From assembly GCF_006345805.1 (NCBI RefSeq), contig NC_042998.1, forward strand, positions 118,358,001 to 118,422,000: a stretch of DNA of 64,000 bases, given 5' to 3'. Below the pieces are notes generated by a model. The model saw only the letters and a program-made list of their open reading frames with translations. It was not told the DNA's origin and searched no databases. The stretch is from Octopus sinensis. Taxonomy: Eukaryota. The position numbers and the translations under genes are program-made. Position 1 is the stretch's first letter. Each line of letters opens with the position of its first letter. Of this stretch, positions 1-12,565 are shown piece after piece.

Positions 1-479
1 ATATTCCCAGAAAATATTCTGAATCTGCTTCACTTTCACTTCTCAGAATGTATGAGGAGAAATGTTATCAGGTTATTAACATCACGCCCTGGAGGAATGA
101 ATAACATGGCAGGAGAATATCATCAAATTTATAAAATACTGTTTGATTAAATATTCTTCTTTCTCTCGTTTTCTTTCCATTTTTTCTGTCGTCTTCTTTT
201 TTCCTGTTTTTTTTTGTCCTTTTCTTTTTGACTGTTATAAAATTGTAACTTAAAAACGGATGATGTCATTCCATCAACGTGTTGGCGCTAGTTGCTCTAG
301 TTCAAACTTTACGTTTAAATTTCTGTAATTTTGAATTTTTATCACTTATTTTGAACTTGACAAATACAGACGTTCTGTTGAAATATCATTCGACTAATAA
401 AATACCTTACAATCTAATCCTGCTCTTCCTCCTGACTGTTTACATTTGTGAAGAGCTACGTCAATCCTTTTAAAAATAT

Positions 480-480
<1 letters not shown>

Positions 481-514
<34 letters not shown>

Positions 515-620
515 TTATTATTATTATTATTATTATTATTAGTATTGTTGTTATTATTATTATTATTGTTATTATTATTATTATTTTGTTGTTGTTATTA
601 TTGTTATTGTTATTATTATT
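481..620. repeat. Compound (ACT)n(ATT/GTT)n microsatellite
   Basis: Directly visible trinucleotide runs. Confidence 0.95.
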
Positions 621-623
621 ATG

Positions 624-790
624 GTTTGTCTTAGGTTCGGTCTTATTCGAGGGAGGATGTATGCGAGTAACAGGTTACTTTCTGTAACCATAGATGTCCG
701 CAATCTTTCAACAGTCTTTCATGTGTTTAAGGTCCTCCTGATAACCCTTGCTATTCCTAAGAGACTAGCTTGAGAGTATTGACTACATAG
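624..790 (-). mobile_element. 3' fragment of R4/Dong-like RLE LINE
   Basis: Reverse strand reads SLLGIARVIRRTL, resembling the C-terminal motif of RLE LINE ORFs. It abuts the TAA-type microsatellite. Confidence 0.5.
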
Positions 791-799
791 TTGCCGGTT

Positions 800-1380
800 G
801 TTCAGTTCTTGCCCTTACAGAATATAAAACCAGGCATGAACGAGTTGGTCAATAATTGAACTGGAGCTTATACCGTCACTATGATATCCTGCACCCTAAG
901 AACTGTTTTGAACACCAGTAACTGATGGCGAGAATGCTACCAGCCTATGAGATTATGGGATACATAGGGATAGACAAATAAATACTAACAACCGAGACAT
1001 CGTCATCAAAGACTTAAAACAAAAATTATGTCTGTTAATTGATACGACAGTGTCTATGGGCAGAAACATCTCAGCAAAGGAATTAGTAAAACTGTCGAAA
1101 GATATGAACATTAAATTTGAAATATTGAAATGACGTGGCAAGTAAAACTCCAAACCATTCCCGTTGTTGTTGTAGGTGCCCAGAGAATAATCAAGAAAGT
1201 TACTGACAACTTTTCTTCAACAGATCCCTGGGAAACCAAAAATGTATGAGACGCAAAAAATTGTGTTGACATCAACCGCCCACATTCTCAAGAAGTTTCT
1301 CTACATCAAATATGTACGTGCCGTGGGTCTCTGGTTGAGACACCGTCGAAAGATGAAATAAAATACAAACCAATGGGATA
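800..1380 (+). mobile_element. Decayed 3' part (RLE domain plus 3' UTR) of R4/Dong-like LINE
   Basis: Broken frames give EYKTRHERVG, DIVIKDLKQKLCLLIDTTVS, TIPVVVVG and QIPGKPKMYETQKIVLTSTAHILKKFL. The element ends in (AAT)n. Confidence 0.85.
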
Positions 1381-1419
1381 ATAATAATAATAATAATAAT
1401 AATGATAATAATGATAATA

Positions 1420-1460
<41 letters not shown>

Positions 1461-1481
1461 ACTAATAATAATAATAATAAT
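1378..1481. repeat. (AAT)n(GAT)n microsatellite
   Basis: Directly visible. Confidence 0.95.
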
Positions 1482-2003
1482 GGCTTCTAATCTTAACTGA
1501 TTGGAAGTGGTATCATGTACATTGTTTTGTCTTGGTATAAAATATGGCCTACAGCAAATATTTTGCTCAATACCACAGATTTGCTTGTCAGTTGTTTGAC
1601 CTTAACCTTTTGAGCATGTCTCTTAGTGACTGACGATATGTGCATCTCTGATCACGATCGGAAGTAGTGGGGGAGCATCATAGCCATGTGTTGAGAGGGA
1701 TTCTTTGGAGTTTGAATAATTCACCTCTGGAAACATAGCTGTTTCGTTCAACATCCTTAAACAACCCCTATTTAGGGACCTATTGAGCGGAATGGGTTAA
1801 CCGACCAGAAGAAAATTCTTACTGGGCCCCACATGCAATGTCATGTGCTGTTTATCTTGATATGAGATCACAATATCGCGCACAAATGGTTGTGATGCAT
1901 GTGGCTAGTGTATCCTTATCAGATGAGAAGTCATGATGGGTATACTGGGCTTCGTATATTTTACTCCAGTGTCACTTTGATTGCATGCACTGCTCTCTCA
2001 CTC
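1482..2003. repeat. Dispersed repeat, probably a SINE body; family unassigned
   Basis: Non-coding block bounded by AAT microsatellites that resembles recalled octopus interspersed repeats. Only one copy is in the window. Confidence 0.4.
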
Positions 2004-2099
2004 AATAATAATGAAAATAATAATAATAATAATGATGATGATGATGATGATGAAGATGATGATGATGATGATGGTGTTTCCAGCTGTTTATCATTTGTT

Positions 2100-2420
2100 C
2101 CGTGCAGTTTTAGATAATCCATATATAAGGTAGGAGTGATAGCAAAAGAAGCTGGTTGCTACCTAGCTCAGATACCAGGAAATCCCAAAATGGCAGAAAT
2201 GCAAAAGATTTTGCTCATGGGAACGGCCCATATCCTACGTAAATTATTTTTTTATGTTTTCTTATACATTCTCTAGAACAATACTACGTGCAAAACCAAA
2301 TATATGACACCCAGACGTAACACTAATATGAACTTCTAACTTCTCTCTTGAGGTCCCTGGGTGAGACTTGGAGCCACCTTGTGCAAATACAAAGCAAAGG
2401 TCAAACATATAATAATAATA
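2100..2420 (+). mobile_element. 3' end of R4/Dong-like RLE LINE
   Basis: Encodes IPGNPKMAEMQKILLMGTAHILRKL. Its 3' UTR motif gtccctgggtgagac matches gtctctggttgagac at about 1327, and it ends in taataata. Confidence 0.8.
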
Positions 2421-2424
2421 TTCT

Positions 2425-3560
2425 AAGGCGACATACTCTCTCCACTCCTTTTCTGCTTGTCATTGACACCTATATCTGACATGCTAAACAGAAATCGATG
2501 TGGATACAACTGCTACGGCAAATCAATCCGCCACCTCTTATATATGGTTGATCTAAAACTGTACGCTACAAATGATAAACAGCTGGAAACATTAGTACAG
2601 ACAGTACATGGATTTATCAAAGAAATAAACATGAAATTTGGCTTAGAAAAATGTTCCAAAGGAAACTTGAAAAGAGGAAACCTTATTAAGAATAACAACA
2701 TCACACTAGATAAAGCAAATGAAATAAGAGAATTATACCAAAGCCAGAAACACAAATATTTAGGAATCATGGCAAATACTGGTTTAAACTGTACAGAAAT
2801 GCGATAAACAAAACAAAGCTCCAAAAATGGCTGAGAGGCTCAAGACTCAAAGCAGAGACTGAAGGATATTACTTGCAGCATAAGACCAAAGACTCCCCCA
2901 CCAGAAATTTCCAAAAACATGTACTGAAAAGATATAAAGGTAACTGCAGAATATGTAGAGATGGAGAAGAAATACTAAATCTTATCAACCAGACCTGGCT
3001 AAGAAGGAATATATTCACAGAATTGGAGTCTATACACACTGGAAGCTAGGCCAACACTATGGAATAATGATAGAAAAATATGGTATACGCACACGCCAGA
3101 AAAGGTCACAGAAAATAGGAAAGCATCCATACAATGGATATACCAATACGCACAGAGAAATTAAGCCCAATAGGCCGAATATAGTTGTCAGAGATCGTTA
3201 AGAAAAATAGTTTCTGATCAATGTATCGATACCAATAGATAACAATGTTTCTCTAAAAGAAGCGGAGAAACTATCAAAACAGAAAAGCAAAGAATTAAAT
3301 GTAACTTGAATGTGGAATCTGAAAACAGAAAGAAATCCTATTAGAGTAGGCGCATTAGGTATGATACAAAAGAAGGTTCAGGCGAATATATAAAGAAAAA
3401 ACACCAGGACTTACAAGTAAATATAATATTATAAAAATAGCAAAAGCCTGACACCGCAAGCATCCTACATCAAACACTTTCAATACGGTAAAAATAAGAG
3501 CATCACAAACAACCACAGCACATACCTGCGCTCGGTAATGCGGTGAAAGCACGTGATAAA
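2425..3560 (+). mobile_element. Internally deleted R4/Dong-like LINE (RT C-terminus, Zn knuckle, RLE)
   Basis: GDILSPLLFCLSLTP, HLLYMVDLKLYA (degenerate YxDD), KFGLEKC, KHKYLGI, then KWLRGSRLKAETEG, CRICRDGEE and KPNRPNIVVRD, with frameshifts. Confidence 0.88.
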
Positions 3561-3814
3561 AAATAAAAGTACTGAATAAGGAGCATTAGGAGCAGTTTCC
3601 AAAGGCTTTAAAAAACAGATGATAATACTAGAGCTGCTATTAGGCTCCACGTTTTCCAGACGAAAGCATTAATGTGTATAGCTTGCATTCTAAGGAGCGT
3701 ATTGTCTTCTTGAGAAGCAGGAGAATGCACTACTTCAAACCTTTGGCGATTTGTTATTGCCTGCTTTCAAGAAAAGAATAACCGGTAATTAAGAACTGTC
3801 CGAGAGTCTTTCAC

Positions 3815-3815
<1 letters not shown>
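3560..3815 (+). mobile_element. 3' end of another RLE LINE
   Basis: GALGAVSKG followed by QTKALMCIACILRSVLSS*, then a 3' UTR ending at (AAT)n 3815-3890. Confidence 0.65.
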
Positions 3816-3869
<54 letters not shown>

Positions 3870-3989
3870 GTAATAATAATAATAATAACGCTATTGATAT
3901 TAATGATATTACCATCATGCCTCTCATCACCAGCAGCAAGGACACTTATTATTCTTATCACTTTTGAGGCAAAGAAATAGCAAAATCGT

Positions 3990-4110
3990 GTGCACGCCGA
4001 ACAAAATGCTTGGGAACACAAACCACATCCAATGCTTGAAAATGACTACATCTCACTCCTTTGAAACTTCATCGTTCAAACTGACAAAAAGATCCAACTA
4101 TGAAATAGAA
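3990..4110 (+). mobile_element. Short RLE-domain fragment
   Basis: WEHKPHPMLENDYISLL*NFIVQTDKKI matches the motif preceding the PD-(D/E)xK core. Confidence 0.6.
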
Positions 4111-4971
4111 CGTTCTGAGATAAATTTCTATATTTGTATATTAAGCGATGTTTAAGTGGAAGAATGGTAAACACAAATCAAAAATCGAAGAAACTCAATA
4201 ACATTTGTTAAGATCTCTAATCTTAATGGTTTGGGATTTATGATGATAGATTCGTCCTATAGATATATTATATAATTAAATTTAAACTTCTAAAGGAAAA
4301 CATTAGAGGAACATTCGAGAATGCAGTATTATTACTAAAGCAACATGGATAATATCTTTGGAAACAATTAAATACGTATTATGTAGAAATGTTGCCAAAC
4401 TAGCGAATACAATTGTGTAATGGGAGATTAAACTTTCCCTCCACAGAAGCAATATAAATTTCCATCATATTATACAATCGTAAATTCAATATTCTAATAT
4501 AAATTGATAGTAATTATATAAATTAAAATTGTTTATCCTAATAGAGGTAAATTTAGTTTTGCCAGTTACAGTTGCATGTAACCATTTCCTCTTATAAATT
4601 CTATTGTGATATAGTAAACCCTTAATGACACTTTACCATTTACAATGTTAGCAAAAGTTCTCAGTATATTAATATAAGTTAAAGTGACTTATTGTTTTAT
4701 GATATGATTGCATGTTGTTACACATCGTAGTTTATTGAAATATTGCCAACCGACTGCCTCTAGTGATTTTAGTTTCTCAAACTCTGTATCAGACCGAGTT
4801 TCTGTTCCAAATGTAACACGTTTTATATTGAGAAATGGAACGAGGGTGCAATTTTGTTATCTTGCAATAAATATAAAACAAATGTAATATGCTTTGCAAA
4901 AGTTATTTCCTATATTACGTAAGAGTCTTACTGATTTAGATATTGTATTGTAATACGGTATGCAGCACCGT

Positions 4972-5017
<46 letters not shown>

Positions 5018-5021
<4 letters not shown>

Positions 5022-5222
5022 CTCATTTACTTGTTTCAGTCATTTGACTGCAGCCATGCTGGAGCACCGCCTTTATTCGAGCAAATCGCCCCCGAGACTT
5101 ATTCTTTGTAAGCCCAGTACTTATTCTATCGGTCTCTTTTGCCGAACCGCTAAGTGACGGCGACGTAAACACACCAGCATCGGTTGTCAAGCAATGTTAG
5201 GGGGACAAACACAGACACACAA

Positions 5223-5255
<33 letters not shown>

Positions 5256-5418
5256 CATATATACGACAGGCTTCTTTCAATTTCGTCTACCAAATCCATT
5301 CACAATGTATTGGTCGGCCCGGGACTATAGCAGAAGAAACTTGCCCAAGATGCCACGCAGTGGGATTGAACCCGGAACCATGTGGTTGGTTAGCAAGCTA
5401 CTTACCACACGCCACTCC
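5018..5418 (-). mobile_element. tRNA-derived SINE (family A)
   Basis: Minus-strand head ggagtggcgtgtggtaag...ggttcaatccc has Pol III A- and B-box-like motifs and an internal (CA)n(TA)n. Homologous copies at 21.6 and 41.6 kb. Confidence 0.85.
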
Positions 5419-5429
5419 ATATATATGTA

Positions 5430-5600
5430 GGGAGAATCGACATAAATAGACGAAGACAGGTCGTCTAGACAACAAACAGATGTATTAGTATAACACTCGT
5501 GAAGTGAAAAAGACTTAAACGTTTCCAGCCTATGCTCTTCCACAGAAAGGAACACAGAAAGAAATAAGGAGAGAAAATAAAGAATGCGTAGTAGCTAGCG
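5430..5600 (-). repeat. Dispersed repeat with degenerate hammerhead-like core (PLE terminal-repeat-like)
   Basis: Homologous to 25785-25890 (+). Contains ctgtgga-agagcataggctg-gaaacgttt. Confidence 0.5.
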
Positions 5601-5704
5601 ATATATCATGCCGAATGCCGATGTATGTATGTATGTATGTATGTATGTATGTATGTATGTATGTGTGTATATGCTGAATTCAATAAAAAGTTTAGACTAC
5701 TCAC

Positions 5705-5766
5705 CAAGAACGTATTTATTGCACACGACGTGTGCTCTATAAATATAATGTTTACAAGGTGCAGTA
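5705..5766 (-). CDS. Candidate 62-nt coding exon of an unidentified gene (TAPCKHYIYRAHVVCNKYVL)
   Basis: Strong acceptor (tttgtattttatgctccgcag) and donor (ttg|gtgagt). Phase-compatible with the upstream candidates 5993-6039 and 6208-6240. Confidence 0.35.
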
Positions 5767-5992
5767 CTGCGGAGCATAAAATACAAATTTTCATAAAATG
5801 ATATACAAAATGTGTTTCTTTAGCCTATAAGCTTTTACTAGTAATGTATTCCTGAAACAATAAGATGCAAATCACAGTGTGAATAAGACACGCTCATCAT
5901 CTAAAGCTAAGTATAACCTAAGAATGCTTAAAGTGATTTATAAATGTGCCTGCAAATGTGAAATTTACGTAATTCATTATTCCAAATGTTAC

Positions 5993-6039
5993 CCTAGTCG
6001 GCAAAGTGCACCACTTTCACGTAATGTTTTACCATGCTT
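5993..6039 (-). CDS. Candidate 47-nt coding exon (KHGKTLRESGALCRLG)
   Basis: Acceptor ttgctccttgttttag, donor agg|gtaaca. Only one frame is open (phase 0 to 2). Confidence 0.3.
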
Positions 6040-6559
6040 CTAAAACAAGGAGCAATTTCAAGACCCTTCATCTAGAAACAAATTAGGAAGACATCTGCTA
6101 ATATATTTCCATACTTTATAGAATTCCACACGCAAAACAAAATGGAAATATTATTTTCAAATAATACTAAAATCCTAATACATGTCGATTAACAAACTTT
6201 TACATACCAAAAAGGCAAATGTGATGAAGGCTTTAAGCATAGAATTTTGGTGGTAAACTTTACATAAGCATGAGTTGTGCACCATATAAATTGCAATTTA
6301 GAAGTCGAAACTGCTCCAAATCATGAAAAGGAATCTGTGATAGACCGGAAAGGTTGATAAGGGAGAACTTAGGAGTTAGTTTTTGAAAGGAAATATAACG
6401 TCCATTACGAAAGAAATTTACTAAAGAATTGTTTTCGAATATGTTTAAAAGAAGACATTTCTCCCATACATCCATACGCACATACGTACATACATACATA
6501 CATACATACATGCGTACATGCATACATGTGAACATAAGAACATACATACATACATACAT

Positions 6560-7876
6560 AAACATCGAAGTGACAAGTCGCGTATTTGGCGTGGGAGACT
6601 ATCGAAAATACGATGAATACTATCTCCAACTTTGTAACCACAGCGATTCCACCTGTACCCTTTCTTCCTTTCTCGTCAGCACCGTGCATTCCTTACTCTT
6701 TCTCTCCCTTCTACACCATCAACTATCAGCCAGCGAGCGAACTTGCCACTACCCCTACAATTACCGTATTCCTGTTGTATAAGGCGCTATTTGTCTTGTT
6801 TAACTTTCATGTTGTGATAATGGTATTTTTAATCTAAAAAAGGATTTTATATCGACGAAATGTTTTCGTTGTTATTATATAAAGATAAAATCATGATAAT
6901 AACAAAACATCTCATAGTTGTAAAATAAGGCATTTTGAAATTACATATACGTCAACAACGAAAAAGCTAACTGCAGATTCGTTGCTCTATAGGTCTTTTA
7001 AACACCGGCGCGCTTCGTGTGTGGATAAAACACTGATGTCGGACAAAGAATAAATATATATAAATAATATTTCTTCTTTCTTGATGCTGATTCTTTGAAG
7101 GTGTTGATTCTTCGAACAAAATGGTAACATTTAGTAGAGATGACCTGGAATTTGTTCATTTTCGATTACTATCGTGAACAGCAGTAGCTTTCTTCAACCG
7201 AATACACGTAGTTGATTGGTTGGAATTACCCAAATACGATAACTTTAATACGAGATAACTTCTAAAATACAAAATTTTGTTAAAAATGTTCCGAGTAATC
7301 CGTGTTCTATGTGAGAAATTCTACCAGTATTCGAAGCTTCAAATTGTTTAGTTAACAAAAATTAATCAAAGAATCTATGATTGAGATGCAATAGATCCGA
7401 GCCACAACTATCAGCCTTTTGAAATAACTGGTTAATCGTCAGATGAATTTACCGAAGGAGCCTTTTATTCACGATCGTAGTTTTCGAATGAAACTTGAAT
7501 ACTCCATACAGAGAGTTACTACAAACATCATGGCTGGACACAACATCAACAATACAATCGAGGAACAGAACGAAAACAACAGCTCAACAGGTAAACAAAT
7601 TCCTTCTAGTTGTACTTATAGAAGAAACCGTAACTATAAAACTCATTTCTCTTGGAGTTATGAATTGAATAATAATCTATTTAACTGCTACGAAGAAACG
7701 AAACAAACCCCCAATTCTGGCTATATGTATCCACTGAAATCATATTGGGACGATCTGCATCCAGAATTAAATGATTTTACAGCGAAGCAACAATGCCAAA
7801 AAGCAACATTTGTAGGACATAGAGGGAAGGTTAGTGACTGTAACTTTATTAAATTCCAACTCATTCCATAGTGCCT

Positions 7877-7938
<62 letters not shown>

Positions 7939-10900
7939 GGTGGTGGTGGTGGTGATGGTGGTGGTGGTTTTGGTGGTGGTAGTCAGGATTATATGCCGGT
8001 GGAATGTACCCTTAGTGAAATATTTCTAGAAAAAATAACTTTGGCTTTGAAGGTCTCACTCGAGGAGAGATAATTCTCTACCAAAGTAAGTGAAAAACCA
8101 CCTGATACGGTATGAAAAGATGTTAACGAAATTTTTGATGAGTATTTACAGCAGTGTGATGAACACACATACTTGCAGATTAACGCCTGTCTACAAGAGC
8201 TGGCTACTACTGTGAAACAGTACATGAATGATATAACCGAAATAACAAAGAAAGTACCAATATGTGTTTTGAAGACAGAAAACAAGATAACTGGTTTACG
8301 GAAGACCATCAGTCATGTAAAGATGCTTATTGCATGCAAACAAGCAAATCTTTATACGTTCCACCAACAGAAAGTAAAGAAGGAGATAGAAATAATGTTT
8401 GGAGACAGCAACAAGGGGACACTCACTTGCAGACTGATTACCCTAAAGCAAGAGCTAAAAGCTGTCAGTTATAAACTCCGTCATCAGAAGTGAATAACCG
8501 AGAGAAGAACAATAAACAAAATATTTAAACGCAACCAGGCAGTAGTATATAGAGACATGAGAGGAGGATCAATAAATATCACGAACGCTGCATCACCAGA
8601 AGATATAGACTCCTTCTGGGGGAAAATCTGGAATGAACAGAAGGAATTTAACCAAAAATTTATTGCTTCTGCGTTACATCCAAGACATACAACATCGATG
8701 GTGAAACTCTTGCCATTGTGATCTAGAAACTCCAGGATGGAAAAGCACCTGGAAGGGACTTGATTGTTGGATATTATAGCATAAGAATCTAGCATTCTAC
8801 CGACCATACTTTATCAATCTGTACCAGCAAACTTTCATTGGGAACAGTAGCATACTACACTGGCTAGCTCTGGCAGACAAAATTTATTCCCAAATGCAGA
8901 ACCACCTATATGGCAAACGTTACCGGCGAATTACATGACAGAACTTTATGTATATGTTATATACAGCATGTTTAAACCCCTTCCTCCAAGACTATTGTGA
9001 AACCAAAGACATTATCACAGCAGAACAGGCAGATAGGAAGAAGGGAGTCTGGGAATGTATCGAGAAATTGCTAATCAACAAAACTATGATGTCAGAGGTG
9101 CGAGAGCATAGAAGGAACATAGTTTCAATGTGGTTAGATTTCACGAAAGCCTTTGACTCTCTTCCCTACTCATGGATGCTAGAGGCCCTTCAACCTGCTA
9201 AAGTTCCAGTGAGAATAGTCAAAGCCATAGTTGACCTGATTTTATCGTGAGCCACCATCTTGAAATTAAACACAAAGAGTAACTGTATTATCACCGATAG
9301 AATTCAATATCACAAAGGCATATTCCAAGGAGATTCTCTGATGTTGTTTATACTTTCAGTAAACTCCTTGTTATACATGTTAAGGAAGTCTGAAAGGTAT
9401 CTCACTGGTTCACAAGGAAACAGAAATACCAAAATTATAAACTGTTCCTATGTGAATGACTGAAAAGTTCATGCAAAGAATTTGGATGATATGAACCTTG
9501 TTACAACATTCTCAAAGGATGTAGGTTTATAATTTGGTCAAGAAAATATTGTTATGGTTTGAACAGGGGAAAAACCTATAAGCCACACTAGTAGCATCTC
9601 CGCCAATGATTTGACTGTTTCCTCTGTATCTGGCGAGGAATGTTACAGGTATCTAGGTATCTAGGTGTGGATGAAAATATATCTTACAATGGCGCGTGTA
9701 ACAAAACACGCGTCACTAAATAATATTACAGCCGAATAAAGAAAATTTGGACTTCAGAACTCTCTACATTCAATAAAACAGTGAACCACAATGTGTTTGC
9801 AGTGCCAGTACTCATGCCAACTTCTGGACTGCTAGGTTGGACGCTTGATGAGATCCGAGCCATTGATGGGAAAACCTGAAAAATACTAACAAGCACACAT
9901 AATTTCCACAGAAACAATGATGTTGACCGCCTGTACCTGAAACGTAAACAAGTCGGCAGAGGCTTAACATGCCTTTGAATGTCGCATTTTATCCTTTCGG
10001 CAACATCGTTTAACCACCAAACGTTGACGTGCATCATTTGACCAAGTTTGCATACATGAAGCTGATAACATCATAAGACAGCTCCTTGAGCAACACTCTT
10101 TGTCTGATAACCTAGAATACATGTCCAAGGAAGTCGCACAACTCTATTGCAACATATCGTCAGATGAAAGGATGAGGCTATATGAGCAGAAGACTGTTAC
10201 TAGAAGGCTCCTTGATGATAGTAAAATCAATCATCAAAGCAATTTATCATGAAGGAATAGCCGGATAATTACCACCCACTTTGAGGTGTATGCGTTTGTA
10301 ATTCAGGAACAGGAAATATCAACCAAGTAACTGAGGCACAAAAGGGATAGAGATGTAGGAGAATCCGTACAATGTGACAACCGATGCAGTCTTTGTGGAG
10401 TTCACACTGAATATATCACCCACATCATAAGCAGTTGTTCGAAAATGTCATCACGGTATTATCTACCCATGAGACATGACGTTGTAGCTAGGACACTCTA
10501 TAATGAAATCCATTGGAAGGATAATCCCGAGGACTCACAAATAAGAACCCACAATATGGTAGAAGCCATAGCCACTCATAATAAAAAGGAATACTGGTGG
10601 AACGTACCAGTGAAGACCTCTGTAAGATGTACGCACAACAAACCTGATACAATGATTTGGGATAGAGAAGAGAAACTGTGAACAGTTGTAGAAATTAACT
10701 GCCCAGCAGATGTTAACATAAAGCTGAAGGTCAGTGAAAAAGAGAAACTTCTGCTGAACTATAGATGTATCTGCAGATACTCTATCCAGATTACAAGTTC
10801 AGGTTTATAACTGTAATTATTGTGGATCTGGGATATGTAACACACTGCTTAAATACCAGTCTTGAGAAATTAGGCTTCTTAAAACCAGAAAGGGGGAAAC

Positions 10901-11270
10901 TAATTTGAAGACTACAGATCCAATCCATCACTGGAACTGTAAAAATCTGTAAAAAGTTTATCATTTAAATATATATGAGCATGTCTAGATATGTAACTCT
11001 ATGCGTGAGTATACATACATAAAACATTCAAATCTACACATATACCTACATACATACATGAATGCAATCGTACATACATACATACATACATACATACATA
11101 CATACATACATACATACATACATACACACATACAAAAAATTCCTGTTGTTGATGCTGAAATTCCACCGAAGGAACCTTGGATTTAGGTTAGAGACCGGTT
11201 CTTTCTCTTTTGGGAAGACATTTTAAAATAGACTGAATAATGAAATGCATACATACATACATTGTCAGCA
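6560..11270 (+). mobile_element. Near full-length, decayed R4/Dong-like (RT plus RLE) non-LTR retrotransposon
   Basis: N-terminal WSYELNNNLFNCY...GYM motif (about 7650), SFWGKIWNE, RT motifs MWLDFTKAFDSLPYSW and GIFQGDSL, CCHC knuckle CSLCGVHTEYITHIISSC, RHDVVAR, HNKPDTMIWD...VVEINCP. Multiple stops and frameshifts. (TACA)n lies on both sides; the 5' boundary is inferred. Confidence 0.9.
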
Positions 11271-11399
11271 AGGATATTCTTGACACTAACAACTCAGATA
11301 TTTGAAGCGCCACCAGGTTGATTCAATAGGATCCCAACGTAGTTGTGATCGGATGGATTCGCGGTATCGAGAATAAATTAGCCGGAAGATTCGCACAGT

Positions 11400-12110
11400 T
11401 GGACATCATGTAACTGTATCCTTTCATATCAGATTCTGTCAGAAACATTATGAATGCTAGAAAAGACGCAGTTTCACACGTTAGCAGAAGAATCTCTAAG
11501 CCTTCAATTAATAGAGATATCTTAAAGAGAGCCACAATGATGCATTAGCGAAAAGAAGATTTTCCGAAAAACTAGCATATATTGAGGATCCCTACCTCCA
11601 CACCCGCACGCCTGGAGGACCAGAAAGGGAAAACTAATCTAGTTGAACTCTCCATTTAAACTAGAACTTCCCAGCAACGTAGCGAGGGGTTACCTGGCAT
11701 TGATTAAGAAGCATTTCCCCAGGGACTACAAGTGCTATAAATAAAGTTTTCCATCCACATGACGTAAAGATGAGACACCTCTGCTTAGACAACATTGCTT
11801 CTAATATTGCACGCTACAACAGACGCAAACATGCACCCACACAACGTCCTACCCTAACGTGTAACCTCCGAAACCCAACCAGCTGACCTGTAGGAAAATC
11901 TTTCCTCGCAAAGTCTGTGATCTTCAGAGCCTGCCTTACATCATCCAAGGGTATCACAAAATACTACACGGACAGGATGACTACAATGGAAGGTGCACAT
12001 ACAGAATATGCAGTATAGAAGGATTACCACCTCTTCTTCTTGCCTTGCCTGAAGACCTCACGACTTCCAGAACGCTACACCCAACATAAATGAACCTTCA
12101 TCGACGGGAT
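11400..12110 (+). mobile_element. Decayed Penelope-like element (RT thumb and GIY-YIG region)
   Basis: Broken frames give LELPSNVARGYLALIKKHFPRDYKCY, HDVKM, CLDNIASNIARYN, TCNLRNPTS*PVG and KSVIFRACLTSSKGITKYYT, matching the PLE linker and GIY-YIG N-terminal pattern. Confidence 0.7.
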
Positions 12111-12565
12111 TCCACCTTACTCACCCGTTACTCACAGTAGACAGCTCTGTCTCTGTAAAATAAAACTGCATATATTCTCCACCAACGTGAAGTATTTATC
12201 AACAGGTAACACGAAGTATCATATTGCTCCTAAAAAAAGGTACGTCTTACTAGTGAAGGTGAAGCAACTGGCCGCCGATAACCCAGATGCACCACCTTAG
12301 GTTTGGCTGTGCCTCAGTACAGGCTGAGCTTTAACATCAGTGGCGCATCAACACAGGCTGCTCCATAACCAAGGGTAGGGTACCTAACCACATGCGTGGG
12401 CCAACCTTATGCATTCCTAGTAGCCTCATAGATCGCCTCCATACATGTTGATGTGCAATTATACACACACACACATATATGTACGTATGGCATTCTTTCT
12501 ACTCCCTAAATTCAACGCTGTTGCAACTACTTTTTTAAATGTGGTCTTATCTCTCCTTCTTGTAG

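Noticed and set aside
7436-7505. CAGATGA...GAAAC upstream of the RLE ORF
   Set aside because: Stem I and stem III do not pair.
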